Shown piece by piece: positions 37,402 to 51,488 of a stretch of 64,000 nt of DNA (position 1 is the stretch's first letter; each line of letters begins with the position of its first letter). Location of the stretch: the NCBI GenBank assembly GCA_951406725.2, contig OX597826.1:45818001-45882000 (forward strand), read 5' to 3'. The DNA comes from Octopus vulgaris. Its lineage: Eukaryota. The notes below the pieces were generated by a model, which had not been told where the DNA came from, did no database searches, and saw nothing but the letters and a program-made list of their open reading frames with translations. The translations under genes were made by a program, and so were the position numbers.

Positions 37402-37689
37402 CATGCATACATATCATGTGATGAAGGGGAATTTATTATTTTATTTCTCTTTTTGTATAACACTATAGCAACATAGAAAGAGAAAGCAAAAGCTATGCTG
37501 AGAGTATTTTAAGAGAGTGAAAGAAAGTATTAATGAATCTTTATAAAGCAAGCTTGAGGGCCGCCATTGTGAGGGGAAATTAGAACGTTGACGTGATGAA
37601 ATAACACAGGTGTGGAGAGAGAGAGAGCGAATGACAGAGGGCATGATCGAAATACACCAAGTGACTGAGAGAGGAAGGGAGATATAGAT

Positions 37690-38095
37690 ATAGATAGATA
37701 GATAGAGAGGGAGAGAGAGTGGGGATTCGTGTATAATATCGAAGTGTCTGGTGGAGAAAGTTGTCTGGAAATGAAGAGCAAATCTTGATACAGACAGGAG
37801 GAAACGAAAGGAAAAGTATTAGATAGATAGATAGATAGACATATAGATAGATAGATAGACATATAGATAGATATAGATAGATAGATAGATAGATATAGAC
37901 AGATAGATAGATAGATATAGACAGATAGATAGATAGATATAGACAGACAGATAGATAGATAGATAGACAGAGAGAGGGGGGATTCGTGTATCGAAGTGTC
38001 TGGTGGAGAAAGTTGTCTGGAAATGAAGAACAAATCTTGATAAAGAGAGGAAGAAACGAAAGGAAAAGTATTAGATAGATAGATAGACAGACAGT

Positions 38096-38135
<40 letters not shown>
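37690..38135. repeat. Two ~110-bp direct repeats separated by (GATA)n
   Basis: ggattcgtgtat..cgaagtgtctggtggagaaagttgtctggaaatgaaga at ~37722 and ~37980. Confidence 0.88.
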
Positions 38136-38138
<3 letters not shown>

Positions 38139-38487
38139 ATAGTTTGGTAGTGAGCCAAGAATAATAATAAAGGAGTATGAGGAAGTGAGTCTGAGATTTA
38201 GGGAGCAAAGAGACGCCGTTTGAAACGTGCAACAGGTAATGGTAAACCAAAGAGAACATCTCAGTCACAGAGAATTTGCTTGGCTTCAAACTACAGATCG
38301 ACGAATATAAAAAAAGTCAATGACCGATGTAAATTGGATATAAAAGTACTGCAAAGTTTAATAACCACAAGATCAACACAGGAAGAAAACGAAGCCGATC
38401 TTGAAGCAGAAAGATTAAATTTACTGAAGAGAACCAAACGGATACTACGTTTGTGTGTGCATGTGATACACATGCTCATTCACACAA

Positions 38488-38522
<35 letters not shown>

Positions 38523-38879
38523 ACACACACACATTCTCTCTCTTTCTCTCATACACACACACACATAAATATTTATATATATAGGTAAACATTTATGTAC
38601 TGAGGGTGCTGCTGTACTCACATTTTCCAATGCACGAGTCAATGTCTCACGTGGCGAAGAAACAGCTCTGTAGGTGTCTGGCCCCTATATATATATATGT
38701 GTGTGCGCCTCATTGTGCGTGTTTATGTGTGTATGTATTTACACACACAGACACACATATTCACCAATGGTTAATTTTACAAGGAATGTGTTTAAAGTTG
38801 TTTAACTTTTCTCTATATTTAATAAATTTTGTACGGTTCTCATTTTTTTTTTGGGGCGGGGCATAATTCAAGAATATAT

Positions 38880-39026
38880 ATTTCTTTACTACCCACAAGG
38901 GTCTAAACACAGAGGGGACAAACAAGGACAGACAACGGGATTAAGTCGATTACATCGACCCCAGGGCGTAACTGGTGCTTAATTTATCGACCCCGAAAGG
39001 ATGAAAGGCAAAGTCGACCTCGGCGG
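38880..39026 (-). mobile_element. SINE family B, 5'-truncated
   Basis: Reverse complement of core and tail. Confidence 0.82.
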
Positions 39027-39711
39027 TCGTTGATCGAGTAATTACATTCACCGTTTCTCGGGAGCTATTTTCAAAGTTTTATTATACACTTAATTTACTC
39101 CTCCTGTATGTGTGTATTTTATAAGGGAAAAACATGTAATAACTGATGTAGAAAAAAGATCGATTTCAATTTTTAATGTAATGATAGATAGTAATGGCAA
39201 ATTAAATCATTGAAGTATTCATGATGCATTAAGAGTGAATATTTCTTTATAAACAATGTTTGTTTGTTTTTTGTTTTATATCAGGGTGCATGAGCAAATG
39301 ATTTGCTTTTGCTCCCACGTGTGATGCTTCTGCATAGAGTTTCGAATCCTGTATGTGCGTTTTTTTATAAAAGAAAGATATGTAATAACTGAAGTAGAAA
39401 AAAGATGGATTTCATACATAAACTTTTGTTTGTTTATTACATGACAATAATAAATGAGTTGTATGTGTTATTTTATTTACCAATACAGTAATGGCAATTA
39501 CATAATACAGTTAATTTAAATAGGTAATTTAGTCATTCTTGAATGTAATGGGAAATTAAGTTATTGAAGTATTCATGTTGCATTAAGAGTGAATATTTCT
39601 TTATAAACAATGTTTGTTTTTTTTTATATTTCGAGGTGCATAATCAAAAAGATTTGCTTTTGGTAACCACACGTGATGTTCCTACATAAAGTTGGCCATG
39701 TGAAAAGCATG

Positions 39712-40132
39712 TACATTATTTACATTCGATATATTTGTCCTCATTTTGTTTGTTGTTAACACAAGGTTTCGTTTGATATACCCTCCAGCCTTCTTCAGGT
39801 GTTTTGGGGAAATTTCGAACCTGGCTTCTCATTCCTAAGGTATTTTTCGATTTTATTATTATTATTATTGTTGTTAGCGTTCAGGTCACTGCTTGGAATC
39901 GAACTAAGAATCTTGGGTTTAGTAGCCCGCGATCTTAACCACTACGCCATTTGCTCGTGGGCAATTATGTAGTGAATTTAAGGGCTTACAAATCTAATAT
40001 TTTCCCCAAGGCATCTGAAGAAGGCTGGAGGGTATATCAGCCGAAACGCTGTGTTAACAACAAACAAGATGAGGACAAATATCCTTCGAATGTAAATAAT
40101 GTAAAAAATTCCCTATCTCTTAAATATAGAAC
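39712..40132 (-). mobile_element. tRNA-headed element with inverted terminal hammerhead-containing arms and 13-bp TSD
   Basis: TSD tgtgaaaag(c/a)atg at 39699-39711 / 40133-40145; arms 39712-39812 and 40001-40103; minus-strand head ggcgtagtggttaag...agttcgattcc at 39948-39890. Confidence 0.78.
40009..40055 (+). ncRNA. Penelope-type minimal hammerhead motif (inverted twin at ~39757-39803)
   Basis: ggcat CTGAAGA a ggctg-gagggtatat-cagcc GAAAC gct gtgtt; the twin has stem I aacac/gtgtt. Confidence 0.65.
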
Positions 40133-41249
40133 TGTGAAAAGAATGGTTCTTCAAAACATAATAATTGAAGGACAATTGAAAGATTCAGTTTTAGCGTGAA
40201 TGAAGGTAGAAAAATAGCTATATCATATAGAAGAATAGCAGGTGGCACTGGAAAGGCCACAGGTCAAGTAGAACACCCATTTGTCACAGTTTCTTTTGAC
40301 ATTTGAATAAGGCCGTATGGCCAAGGAAAATTGAAAGATTCAGTTTCGAATCTGAACCAGGGTGAAATTACCCTTACAGATTTAGATTTATTCCTCCTGT
40401 ACATGCGTATTTTATAAGAGAAAACATGTAATAATTGAAGTAGAAAAAAGATCGATGTCATACACGTTAAGTTATTGAAGCATTCATGTTGCATTAAGAG
40501 TGAATATTTTTTTTTTAAACAAGATTTTTGTTTTATTTCGGAGTGCATAAGCAAAAAGATTTGCTTTTGGTTGCACAAGTAATGCTGCTGCATAAGGTTG
40601 GCCATGTGAAGACCATGGTTCTTCATGTTGCAATCCAGCAAACTTTTAGTGTTTGGGACTGAGTTTTATAAATGCTTGTAACAAAAGGAAGTAGTTATAG
40701 GAAACTGTAACGGCTTAAATCGGAATGGGACATTAGATGGTATAACTTGTATGCGAGGAATGAAGACAGTGTCACCTTTACCACAACCAGTGAAAATATT
40801 TGCCTCAATACAGTTCCTCATAATATTAGATCAAACAAGACCAGACCAGATCAGACTAAACTAGACCAAACCTGTCCGGACCAGACTAAACCAAACCAGA
40901 TGTAATTCAGAAAATAATGAACTTAATATTTTTTCGTTCAGATACGATGCAATCCCTCGGTTGTTTCTCTCGATCTGATAGAAATATCATCTTTAAATTA
41001 CATCCGGCTACAGTGATCATCTACCTTTCACTATTAAGGGCCCATTTTATTTAAATGAATTTTCCCATTGAGCCCAAGTCTTTGAAAGGTCTGTCTACTT
41101 AATAAGCTGGTTTTATTAACTAACAAGAAACCCGTTTTCCCGGTTTCATTTTTCTATTGTCACTTAATATTTATGTACAAGGGAGTAATCGTATATAACT
41201 TCAAAATTGTACATAACTGGGTTCTCTGAAAAGAAGGGATTCAAGAACA

Positions 41250-41995
41250 AAGCACAATGAATGACATGATAGCAGTATACCAATAGCACAAATTCTGCTG
41301 GGCCGAACATGTTGCAAGATTAACAGACAGCAGCTGGACCAATGCAGTTGCCGAGTGGTATCCAAGAGATTCACTCGCATTCGTATTCGTATTTATTGCA
41401 ATGGTAGTAGTAGGATTCATAGAAGAAGTTTCGTGGGAATATTGAATTCACAAGCAGTCCCCGACATCCCGCATGCATATCCCGAGTGACGGGACGCCCT
41501 GTTTTCCGCGGAGTCTCCACAGACGCAGGGACAGAACGACCTCGAAGCCGCCGGTTGCCGATCAGACGCCTCTTGGAATTTTCACCAGAGCCCCGTTGGC
41601 CAGGCTGCGGCCCTAATACTACTCGGTGCCAGACCAATCCGCCTTGGGTGGCCCTACCAGGAACAGAAGTTCCTGACGGCAAAGCTCTGACACTGCCCAT
41701 TTACACCACCCTACCGCTTTGAGGAGAGGATGGATGGACTTTAGGGTTCGTGATGCCGTTAGGACCAGAGAAGAAGCCGGCTCAACCCACCCTGGGTGAA
41801 CGCCGTCACAAGTACAAGTACAAGAGATTGGAAAAGGTCACTCGGAAAGACTTCCACAACGATGGGAAGATGATTTAGTAAAGCAGTTTGGGCCAAGATT
41901 GAAAAGAACGGCGCAAAGGAAAGAGAATTGGAGGCGCATTTTGCCCAGCAGTGTGTAATGAAATCCAATTGTCCAGTCGATACAGCTGATGTAAC
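41250..41995 (+). mobile_element. RTE LINE 3' fragment split by a nested insertion (41372-41820)
   Basis: WAEHVARLTDSSWTNAVAEWYPRD|WKRSLGRLPQRWEDDL; TSD caagagatt at 41363-41371 and 41821-41829; insert ends in (caagta)n. Confidence 0.8.
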
Positions 41996-42059
41996 TAAGT
42001 AATTATATTTAAGTGAATAATTATCGGTAAGAAAGTAATTATATTTAAGTATATAATAA

Positions 42060-42930
42060 TACGCTGCTGAATAATTATATATTTTAACTGTGGCTTTTTA
42101 AATTCTTTAACACAGCTCATATATTCCATTTTATTTTATTTTATCTTATTTATTTTATCTAGTTTCAGCTCACGAGCTGTGGCCATGCTGGGGCACCGCC
42201 ATTTGTTGGTATTAAGTAAGGAACCGCCGCCCTTCTTTCATATACTAAAAGAGAAAATGCACATTAGATCATGTAGTCTTAAATAAACATAAAAAATGGT
42301 TTGGTCAAAGCTAGAATGCTTTCCACCAATGAATTCCTCTCGATGAAGACTGGTCTGGAATAAAAGAACGGCAACAGCAACAACAACATAAAAAAGTCAT
42401 AACCATTTTGTTTCTCTGTTATGACATAGTCTCATTGTTATGAGTCAGTACAGGACACCGCACCTAACACTGCTAGTGTAATTCACTTTTGTTTTAGATT
42501 CACTCTTTAAGCTCCGGTAACGCAGCGGGCAGTACTTCAGTGCTACAATCCTCAAATACCAATACTCCAGGGAGTGTTACCGTTCTGTTGTGGAACCGAT
42601 GGGTTAGACTTACAAAAAAAAAAAAAATGCAGCATCGTACTTGAACAGGAGCTGATGTAATTCTTCCTCTATATTAATCAGTTGCTATAAATGTATCAAA
42701 GCGACAGAAAGTTTGTATTATCAGAGTAATTATATATTCTAACTGTGGCTATAAAAATTTTTCAACACCGCTCATATACTCCCTTCGTTGACACTAAGTA
42801 AGGAACCGCTACCCAACCTTCATACACTAAAAATGGTAAAGTTTAGATCACGTAGTCTTAAATAAACATAAAAAGACGGTTTAGTCATAGCTAGAATGCT
42901 TTCCATCACTGAATTCCTCTCGATAAAGAG
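42060..42930. repeat. Two diverged ~230-bp direct repeats; the first carries a CR1-like 3' stub (~42130-42205, minus)
   Basis: taattatatatt.taactgtggc...gtagtcttaaataaacataaaaa...tgaattcctctcgat at ~42072 and ~42727. Confidence 0.78.
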
Positions 42931-43762
42931 TGATTTGTATTATCACGGCTGACTGGTTTATCAAGTTACTAACCTAGAGGTTAATGGGCTGAATGTGTTA
43001 TACCTGCACGGACGGGTTACATAGCAAAGACATCTAACTGTTATAGGCCTGGTCCAACACGATGTAAGTTGGCTACCATGAAATATGATGCCACGCTATG
43101 ATATATATTGGGAACTTAGTAAAATCGAAAGATATGAAGCCAATGAGCAAGACTCTAGTTAGTCAGTAAATGTGCTGAAAATAGCAGTCAAATCAATTTT
43201 TAAAACATGACTATTTTAATGAAAGGATACATTTGGTAACATAGTGCTTAGTACGCTGTGTATGCAACACACACGCACGCACATATACATACTCACACAA
43301 ACACAAATTACACAAACTGGGTGGTCAGAACTGGAACCCATTGATCATAGATTTGCTCAAACAGGACGCTGACTCGTGGGTTAAGCAGCAATAATTAATG
43401 AGTGCTTTGTGGACTCGTTGGTGGCTAGGTCGAGTCCTTCGTGATCCCTGTTTGGCAACTGAGAGATGCGACAGCTCCTCACTATTACGTGCAGTTCGAT
43501 GTATACAATGAGTTTCGTTGACTGTTGCATAGTCATTTAATGACAGAGTCCACCCAAGTACAAATACATACAAAAAATGCATAAAGCTGAAGTAGGGCCG
43601 CAGTGATTTGCTTGTAACCGCTGATTTACAAAAATTCCTCCATAGGGGTATAAAAAAAGTACCATAAATTCCATAAAGCCCTCTTATAGCTGTGCAAACG
43701 TTGCAGTAACTATTATTATTATTAAAAGCAAACACTACACACACACACACATGTATGAGTAG

Positions 43763-43807
<45 letters not shown>

Positions 43808-44217
43808 ATGACAGCGAAGTGGCAGAATAGTTTCAGTGTCAGATAGATCGTTCCCGCTGAAGCGCCGAGTTCAAATTGTACAGAGGTCAACATTTCAATT
43901 CATCTCTTGAGGTCACTAAATAAAGTTCCAGTTTATAACTGGAGGCGATTTTTTTCCCTTCCCTCTCCCCCTCTCTCTCCGTTCTGGAAGGAATAGCAAA
44001 TGGCCAAACCTGGTGAGAGATGGACCTCACGTCTAAAAGTATCCGAAACTCAGCCTGTTGCTCCGTCAAGAGTTGAAATGCCCAAAATAAGGTGTGAATG
44101 TATGTATATATGCATGCATACATGCATGTATTTGTGTGTTTCTACAGAGTGAAAAAGTAACATAGATATTCTTATTTCTCTCTCTCTCATTTACTGTCAC
44201 ACATACAAACATACAAA

Positions 44218-44258
<41 letters not shown>

Positions 44259-45359
44259 ATACCGGTATGCTAAAAAAATTTTGAGTTTTTAAAATTATCT
44301 CCAAAAATTGACATCACAGTAAGGAAAGTGATAAGATTATTTCCAGGAGATAAGAGGACGGTAGTAGACATAGATTTCTGAATCAATAGCATTCCTCAGC
44401 ACATAAATTTTCCAGCCTTATCTCCAGCAGACAAAGAACTTTGACTTATACAAAACAATAGTAGAAAGCAGTAATGGCTTAAGTAATTTGCATAATTTAA
44501 ATATAAATGAGCTAAAAGAAATAACTTGAAATGGTCAGTCAGTGGCATGTATGCAAACCACCCATCACGGTCCTAAACGCTTAAAAGATTTTAGTGCTCA
44601 GCCCCACCATATATATATAATTAAAAATATAAACAATGATAAGCCATAAATTAAATTATTATTTTTCAAAATGAAACAAAGCTAACAGTAACACAGAAAA
44701 TAATGGTTTAAAAAAAAAAAAATTGTATACTTCCACGTATTATTTGAAAAGTTTTCTCCTTGTTTTATTCACTAAGTCTTTGGCCCGATCCTCACTATGG
44801 CACAACGAACACTTCGAAATTATATTTGGTGTCATATAAGCCACCGCGAATATTATTTCAGCAAGTTTAGAGTGATTTTTCTTTTGTGCCGCAAACCATT
44901 TATTATTTCTGTAGTACCCCACTTCACTTCCTTTGATAACCTAAGCAGGTGCTTATGTTGCTTAACAGTTAATCTACCACCGTCATCACTGCTTTCTACC
45001 GTATTTTGTATAACTCTAAGTCCTTTGGCTCCTGGAAATAAGGCAGGGTGGTTGTCGTGCTGATAAAGACTGTTGAGACAGAAACGTGTGTCTGCGATTA
45101 TTCTCTTGTCTCCAGTCAATAATCCAGCCCCTTTCCTTAATGGAATGTTAGTTTTCGAGAAATCTTTAATCTTGCGATTATTTTCCCTTCTCAAGTGTGA
45201 CTGATCATAATTACCATCTGATAATTACGATACATCCTCTTGCGACGGAAATAGTTTGGATGTTATCAAAACTGTTTGGCTATAAGCTATTTAATATAGC
45301 GACATTCCTTTATGTTATTCATATGCTTGCCACTGGCCACTTCGAGTTATTTCTGTTAG

Positions 45360-45418
<59 letters not shown>

Positions 45419-46536
45419 AACTTACTTAGAACTGTATGCGTGCGTTCCGTCATATAATAACAAATTAATAAATAAAACATATGCATATATACATACATAT
45501 ATGTACGTACCTACATCTACATGTATATATACATGCATATATGGGTACAGGACACCCCCCACCAAAAAAAAAACGTTGAACACAATGAGAAACGAAAACA
45601 TAAACACAGAACCAAGGAAATGGACATTAGGTTTTTTTGGTGTCCTGTACCCATATATGCATGTATATATATATATATATGTAGATGTAGGTACGTACTT
45701 ATATGTATGTATATATGCATATGTTTTATTTATTAATTTGATATACATACATACACACATACATACATACATACATACATACATACATACATACATACAT
45801 ACATACATACGTACGTACGTACGTATGTACATACATACACGCAAGCACGCTCAACCCCACATGTGACCATTAAATACTTGTTTATGGATTTTCTTGACGG
45901 AATTCTAACTCCACGAAAATTTCCAAATCGAAATAAGTTAGAATTAGTTATCGAAAAATTTCATTAGTCTTAATAGTGAAAAAAAGTAACTAAAATCTAG
46001 TGTTTTCTTCATTCTGCAGTTATTTCTCTTTGAGCGCTTGTTATTTTAGAATCCTTTGTTGTGCGTATCCGACCTCGCTAATAGTCCTCTACTTCCTAAC
46101 AGTGCCAAGTGAGCTAGTTCTTCCTAATTTGGTAGCGAGTAGTAAATAATATACCACATATGTATTTATGACACTTCCTTTGGCAGGCAGCTGACGTCAC
46201 ACAACCTTCTAATGGAGCAGGGAGAAAGAATAAAAGAGGAGAGAGAGAGATGGGGGGGTAAAGAGGGAAGAAAAACGATGGCTTTACGACTGACTGTATG
46301 AGAAAAGATGAAATCCTATGTATTGTAATGTGATGCAGTGAAGTGTGTAGCGTGGGTTGAGGGCCTCTTTGATGTTTATGACATCATAAGGGTGTCACAA
46401 GGAGCAAGATGGAGATCTGGTAGATCAGATCATGTTATAAGCAAGGGTTCGATATCTATATGAAATTGCTGATTAGTTATTTATTTCTCAAAGGTATATG
46501 CGTCAATGGCCTCCTAATACCCATCCTTCTGAAAAA

Positions 46537-46997
<461 letters not shown>

Positions 46998-48264
46998 GTT
47001 CACAGATGAGATCCAGAGATTCTCCGTATGGAAGATACTTAGTGCTCAAAACATTTAAACTTAGACTCCGATCTCTTTACAGGAGATCATTCCACAAGGT
47101 AAAGAAAGGCTATAAGAAAGATCAAGTTGAGCGAGTATAGTGGCAATTATGCAGATAAACAAATAAAGCACACCAAATATATTAAATACATTAAATATAT
47201 CAAATACAAAATATGTATATATGTATATACACAAAACAAGAAAAGGCAAAGGTGGAAACTTTCAGATGATGAATTTTTGTGATTAAATATATAGATACTT
47301 GTATTAATGTGTCCAACTTACACAGAGTACAAACGACAGAGAAAATTAAAGAGGTGGAAGAAAAGTGTTATAAGTCCAACATTATATTAATTGCATCCAT
47401 ACGGTTGATATGGATCGCCGTGCCCCCAGAAACAGCTGTTGGAATTTATAACACTTTTCTTCCACCCCTCTAAGTTTCTCTGTCGAATGTACGATGTGTA
47501 AGTTGTATCTATTAATATAAATAGCTATTTATTTATACGTAAAAATTTCCTCCGCTGAAAGTTTCCACCCTTTACTTTCTCTCATTTTGCATGGATACAT
47601 ATATACATATTTTGTATTTGATGTATTTTATACATTTAGTGTATTTGGTGTGTCTATCCGCATAATTGCTTCTTTATATATGTATATATATATATATATA
47701 AATATTTGAATTTTTTGATTTATACTTGCTCACTAACGTTCGTTTGAAAGTCGTGTGGGGCCTTCAGTTGAACAACGCGCACGGAGAGGTAAATATGTTT
47801 TTTGAAATAGTTTATGTAGTAAGCCTAACTGATGAGCTTTAAGTGTTGGCTCAACACAGAAAGCGAAAACAACTGATACCAGAATGTCTATGATCTTATT
47901 TGTATTTTACTATATGTATCATGCAAGTCGGAGGACTGTTTCGGAGAAATATATTCTCTTTATTCTCCGTGCATGTTTAAATATAGTGGGAGATGCGTGG
48001 TTTTGGAGGATTTTAACTTCTCTTTCAAACAAACAGGTACTTATAGTTCCCTTACCTTTTATTATTACACACACACACACACACAAACAGACACTACGGC
48101 AAAAACTTAGACTTAGTCATCATGAATATTTTGACATCAAACACACGGTGTGCACTAGTCGAAGGCATGATGGTAAAGCGCTAAACCATTTCATGAACAC
48201 TCAGTTACCTTCTGCCTCACTTCGCTACCACCAATGTCCGTTGCACCATGTATACGTACGATGC

Positions 48265-48310
<46 letters not shown>

Positions 48311-48982
48311 AACAAAAACGCAATAAAACATTCAGACAGGTAGGCAATACAAAGGCGGACGGGAAAAACAATTAGAGGCATTCTTTCTTCAGTCAAGTTA
48401 CTAGATGTTCTTACAGTTTTGGGAAGTTACACTTGAGACTGTTCGATCTGGTTGCCTCCAAAAAAGTCTAAACTAAGAGCATTAGATTTTTTATAACAAT
48501 GCTAGTGAACATTACGGCAACAGAGACAAAAAAAACCCAGAGAACATGGTACACAATTACAAATGCAAACAACAAGAATATAAGAATAGGTGTCTTTCGA
48601 CTGAGGACAAATCAAATTGAACTGGCATGTATAAAGTGTGTTTATGTTTCCGTAACAAAGCGGTTCGGTTAAAGAGGCCGATAGAATATGTACTAGGCTT
48701 TAAAAAATGCCATTCGACTAAAACCCTTCAAGGCGTTGCTCCAGCATGGCCACAGGCAAACGACTGAAACAAGTAAAAGATAAAAGATAAAAGATAAAAG
48801 ATAAAGCGCATATATATATATATGTCTTCCCTTCTCTGGATCTTTTCTTCTCCTATCTTTCCGACGAAAAGCTCCGCTCGAAACGTTCAACCCTCCTTCT
48901 TTCTTTCTTTCCTGAGCGTTCAATAATACTATATTTGTTCTACCTCCTCGCGTTGTTGATTTTTTTTAATGCTTGTTTGGAT

Positions 48983-49050
<68 letters not shown>

Positions 49051-49868
49051 CGAATTTAAACGTGTGTATATATATATATATATATTTCAACAATTGAGGG
49101 TAAAATTAATTAATTATTAATCAATTTCACCAAGTGTTCAGTATATTTAAGGCGAATTCAAATTATTACATTATATAAAAGGGCTTAGTAAAATAAATTA
49201 CTTCGCCGCATACTGAACTCATTAGAAATAGCAGCTAAAAAACTTTTTAAAGCTATTTCTAATACTTAAAAAAATCTCTCTCATATATAGCGTTTGCCTA
49301 ATTCAACTCACAAAAGTATATAATATATACGTTTAAATTCGAGCTACTGTTTGTTTTGAGCCCTCAAAAATTCGATGGTCGTACAAAATTGAACAGCCCA
49401 CAACTTATTTGCAAACAATTATACAGCTTCTGTCGTACAAGATGGCTGTTCTTTGAGAAAACGTGAGAAATAACGAAAAAGAACTCGAAGGAAAGGTAAA
49501 ACAGAAATAAGTGGAATGAGAAACAAAAAATAAAGAATGGGAACAAAGGAGTTAAGAGTTGTGTCCAATAACCCGTTAGAATTGGAATTAATATAGTTGG
49601 TGTAATCAATTCAACAGAGAAGGGTTGCTGAGACTGCATACTTAGTTCCTAGAGGGTGGTGTTTTCTACATCAATGATAGAAATTTTCCCAGATGGTTAC
49701 ACTTAATGAAAATCTCAGGTCTAAAATTCAGTAGGTCAGTAGACTTAGTCCACAACCAGTGTAGAACCGATGGCAACATTCTGACCGGTTATATGCTATA
49801 ACCAGTAATATACTGTTCGACAGTATATATAAAAATACATATGTATGTATATGTGCATTTGTTTCTCT

Positions 49869-49909
<41 letters not shown>

Positions 49910-50396
49910 TGTATCTATGTGTATTTTATCAAAAGCGATTAATCTGAAAACATGCAGTTTACTTCGCTCTGATGGAACAAAATATATTTTGTCTGACTTG
50001 TTTTTGATAAGAATATATTGACTTTGCGCTGTGAGTTATTTACAATCAGTGGAACTAAAGGAAATACGGTTTAGTTATGAAAATGTGTATTATGTCAAAA
50101 TCCAGCTAGTTATTGCTATTTTTAATGGGACTGTCTGGTACACCTCGAGCGGCACCTCAATATTCTTGAGGCAGCGTTGTTTTTGGGGATGAAGAATTAG
50201 ATTTATATATTACATCAATTTGCTTTGTTGTTTTTGGTGTGATTTTACTGTTTCGTCTTCTGCATAGAATATGTTTAACGCGAGTTACATTAAACCAAAG
50301 GATATATGTGTGTGTGTCTGCGTGAATGTGCGAGTGTGCGTGTATTTATATATACATGTACATATATACACATATGTATATATATATATTGTATAT

Positions 50397-50469
<73 letters not shown>

Positions 50470-50671
50470 CACACACATATATTGTGAGAGAAATCTATTT
50501 ATTTTCATTTGGCGTATTTTCATTGTACACACTCTTTGTTATTCTTTGGTTCTATTTTTCTATGCAGTTTCCATTTCTTTATATTTTTTTAACTTCACAT
50601 TTATTAGCTTCTTCTTCCTTATAATCTTTTTTAATATCTAACGTATACATGCATACATAGTTACATACGTA

Positions 50672-50753
<82 letters not shown>

Positions 50754-50908
50754 TGTGTGTGTATACATATATAGACAAACAAGCACACATGTACACATAT
50801 GCAAACACATAAACCCACGCACAAAGAAAATTCATAGATCCATGGACATGGCTGTATATATCAAAAAGTCATGACTCTCAGGCCAATAGATCCATTCACT
50901 ACACATAC

Positions 50909-50952
<44 letters not shown>

Positions 50953-51050
50953 ACACACAGGTTCACTTACTCGTACATACAAACACACGTGCACTTTCAT
51001 ATATGAGAGTGCGATTGTGTGTGATATATTTAATGTATTTGTGTATAGTG

Positions 51051-51263
<213 letters not shown>

Positions 51264-51410
51264 GGTGTGTGATAAGAACTTACTTTCCAACAACATGATT
51301 CCGGGTTCAGTCACACTGCGTGGCACCTTCGGCACGTTTCTTCTATCATATCCCCAGGCCGACCCAAACCTTGTGAGTGGATTTGGTAGACGGAAGCTGA
51401 AAGAAATCTG

Positions 51411-51484
<74 letters not shown>

Positions 51485-51488
<4 letters not shown>

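Larger units (their letters stand above)
39100..40625. repeat. Three diverged ~250-350-bp tandem units, interrupted by the 39712-40132 insertion
   Basis: atgtaataa..gtagaaaaaagat and gcattaagagtgaatattt motifs in units starting at ~39100, ~39346, ~40392. Confidence 0.8.

Noticed and set aside
39890-39948. Possible true tRNA gene (also heads at 5410 and 687)
   Set aside because: A/B boxes are present but there is no complete cloverleaf or acceptor stem, and they continue into SINE bodies.
42490-42615. Possible host exon (ttttgttttag acceptor; also 40930-40980 and 43320-43720 unique DNA)
   Set aside because: No recognisable protein or consistent donor/acceptor pair; needs RNA-seq evidence.
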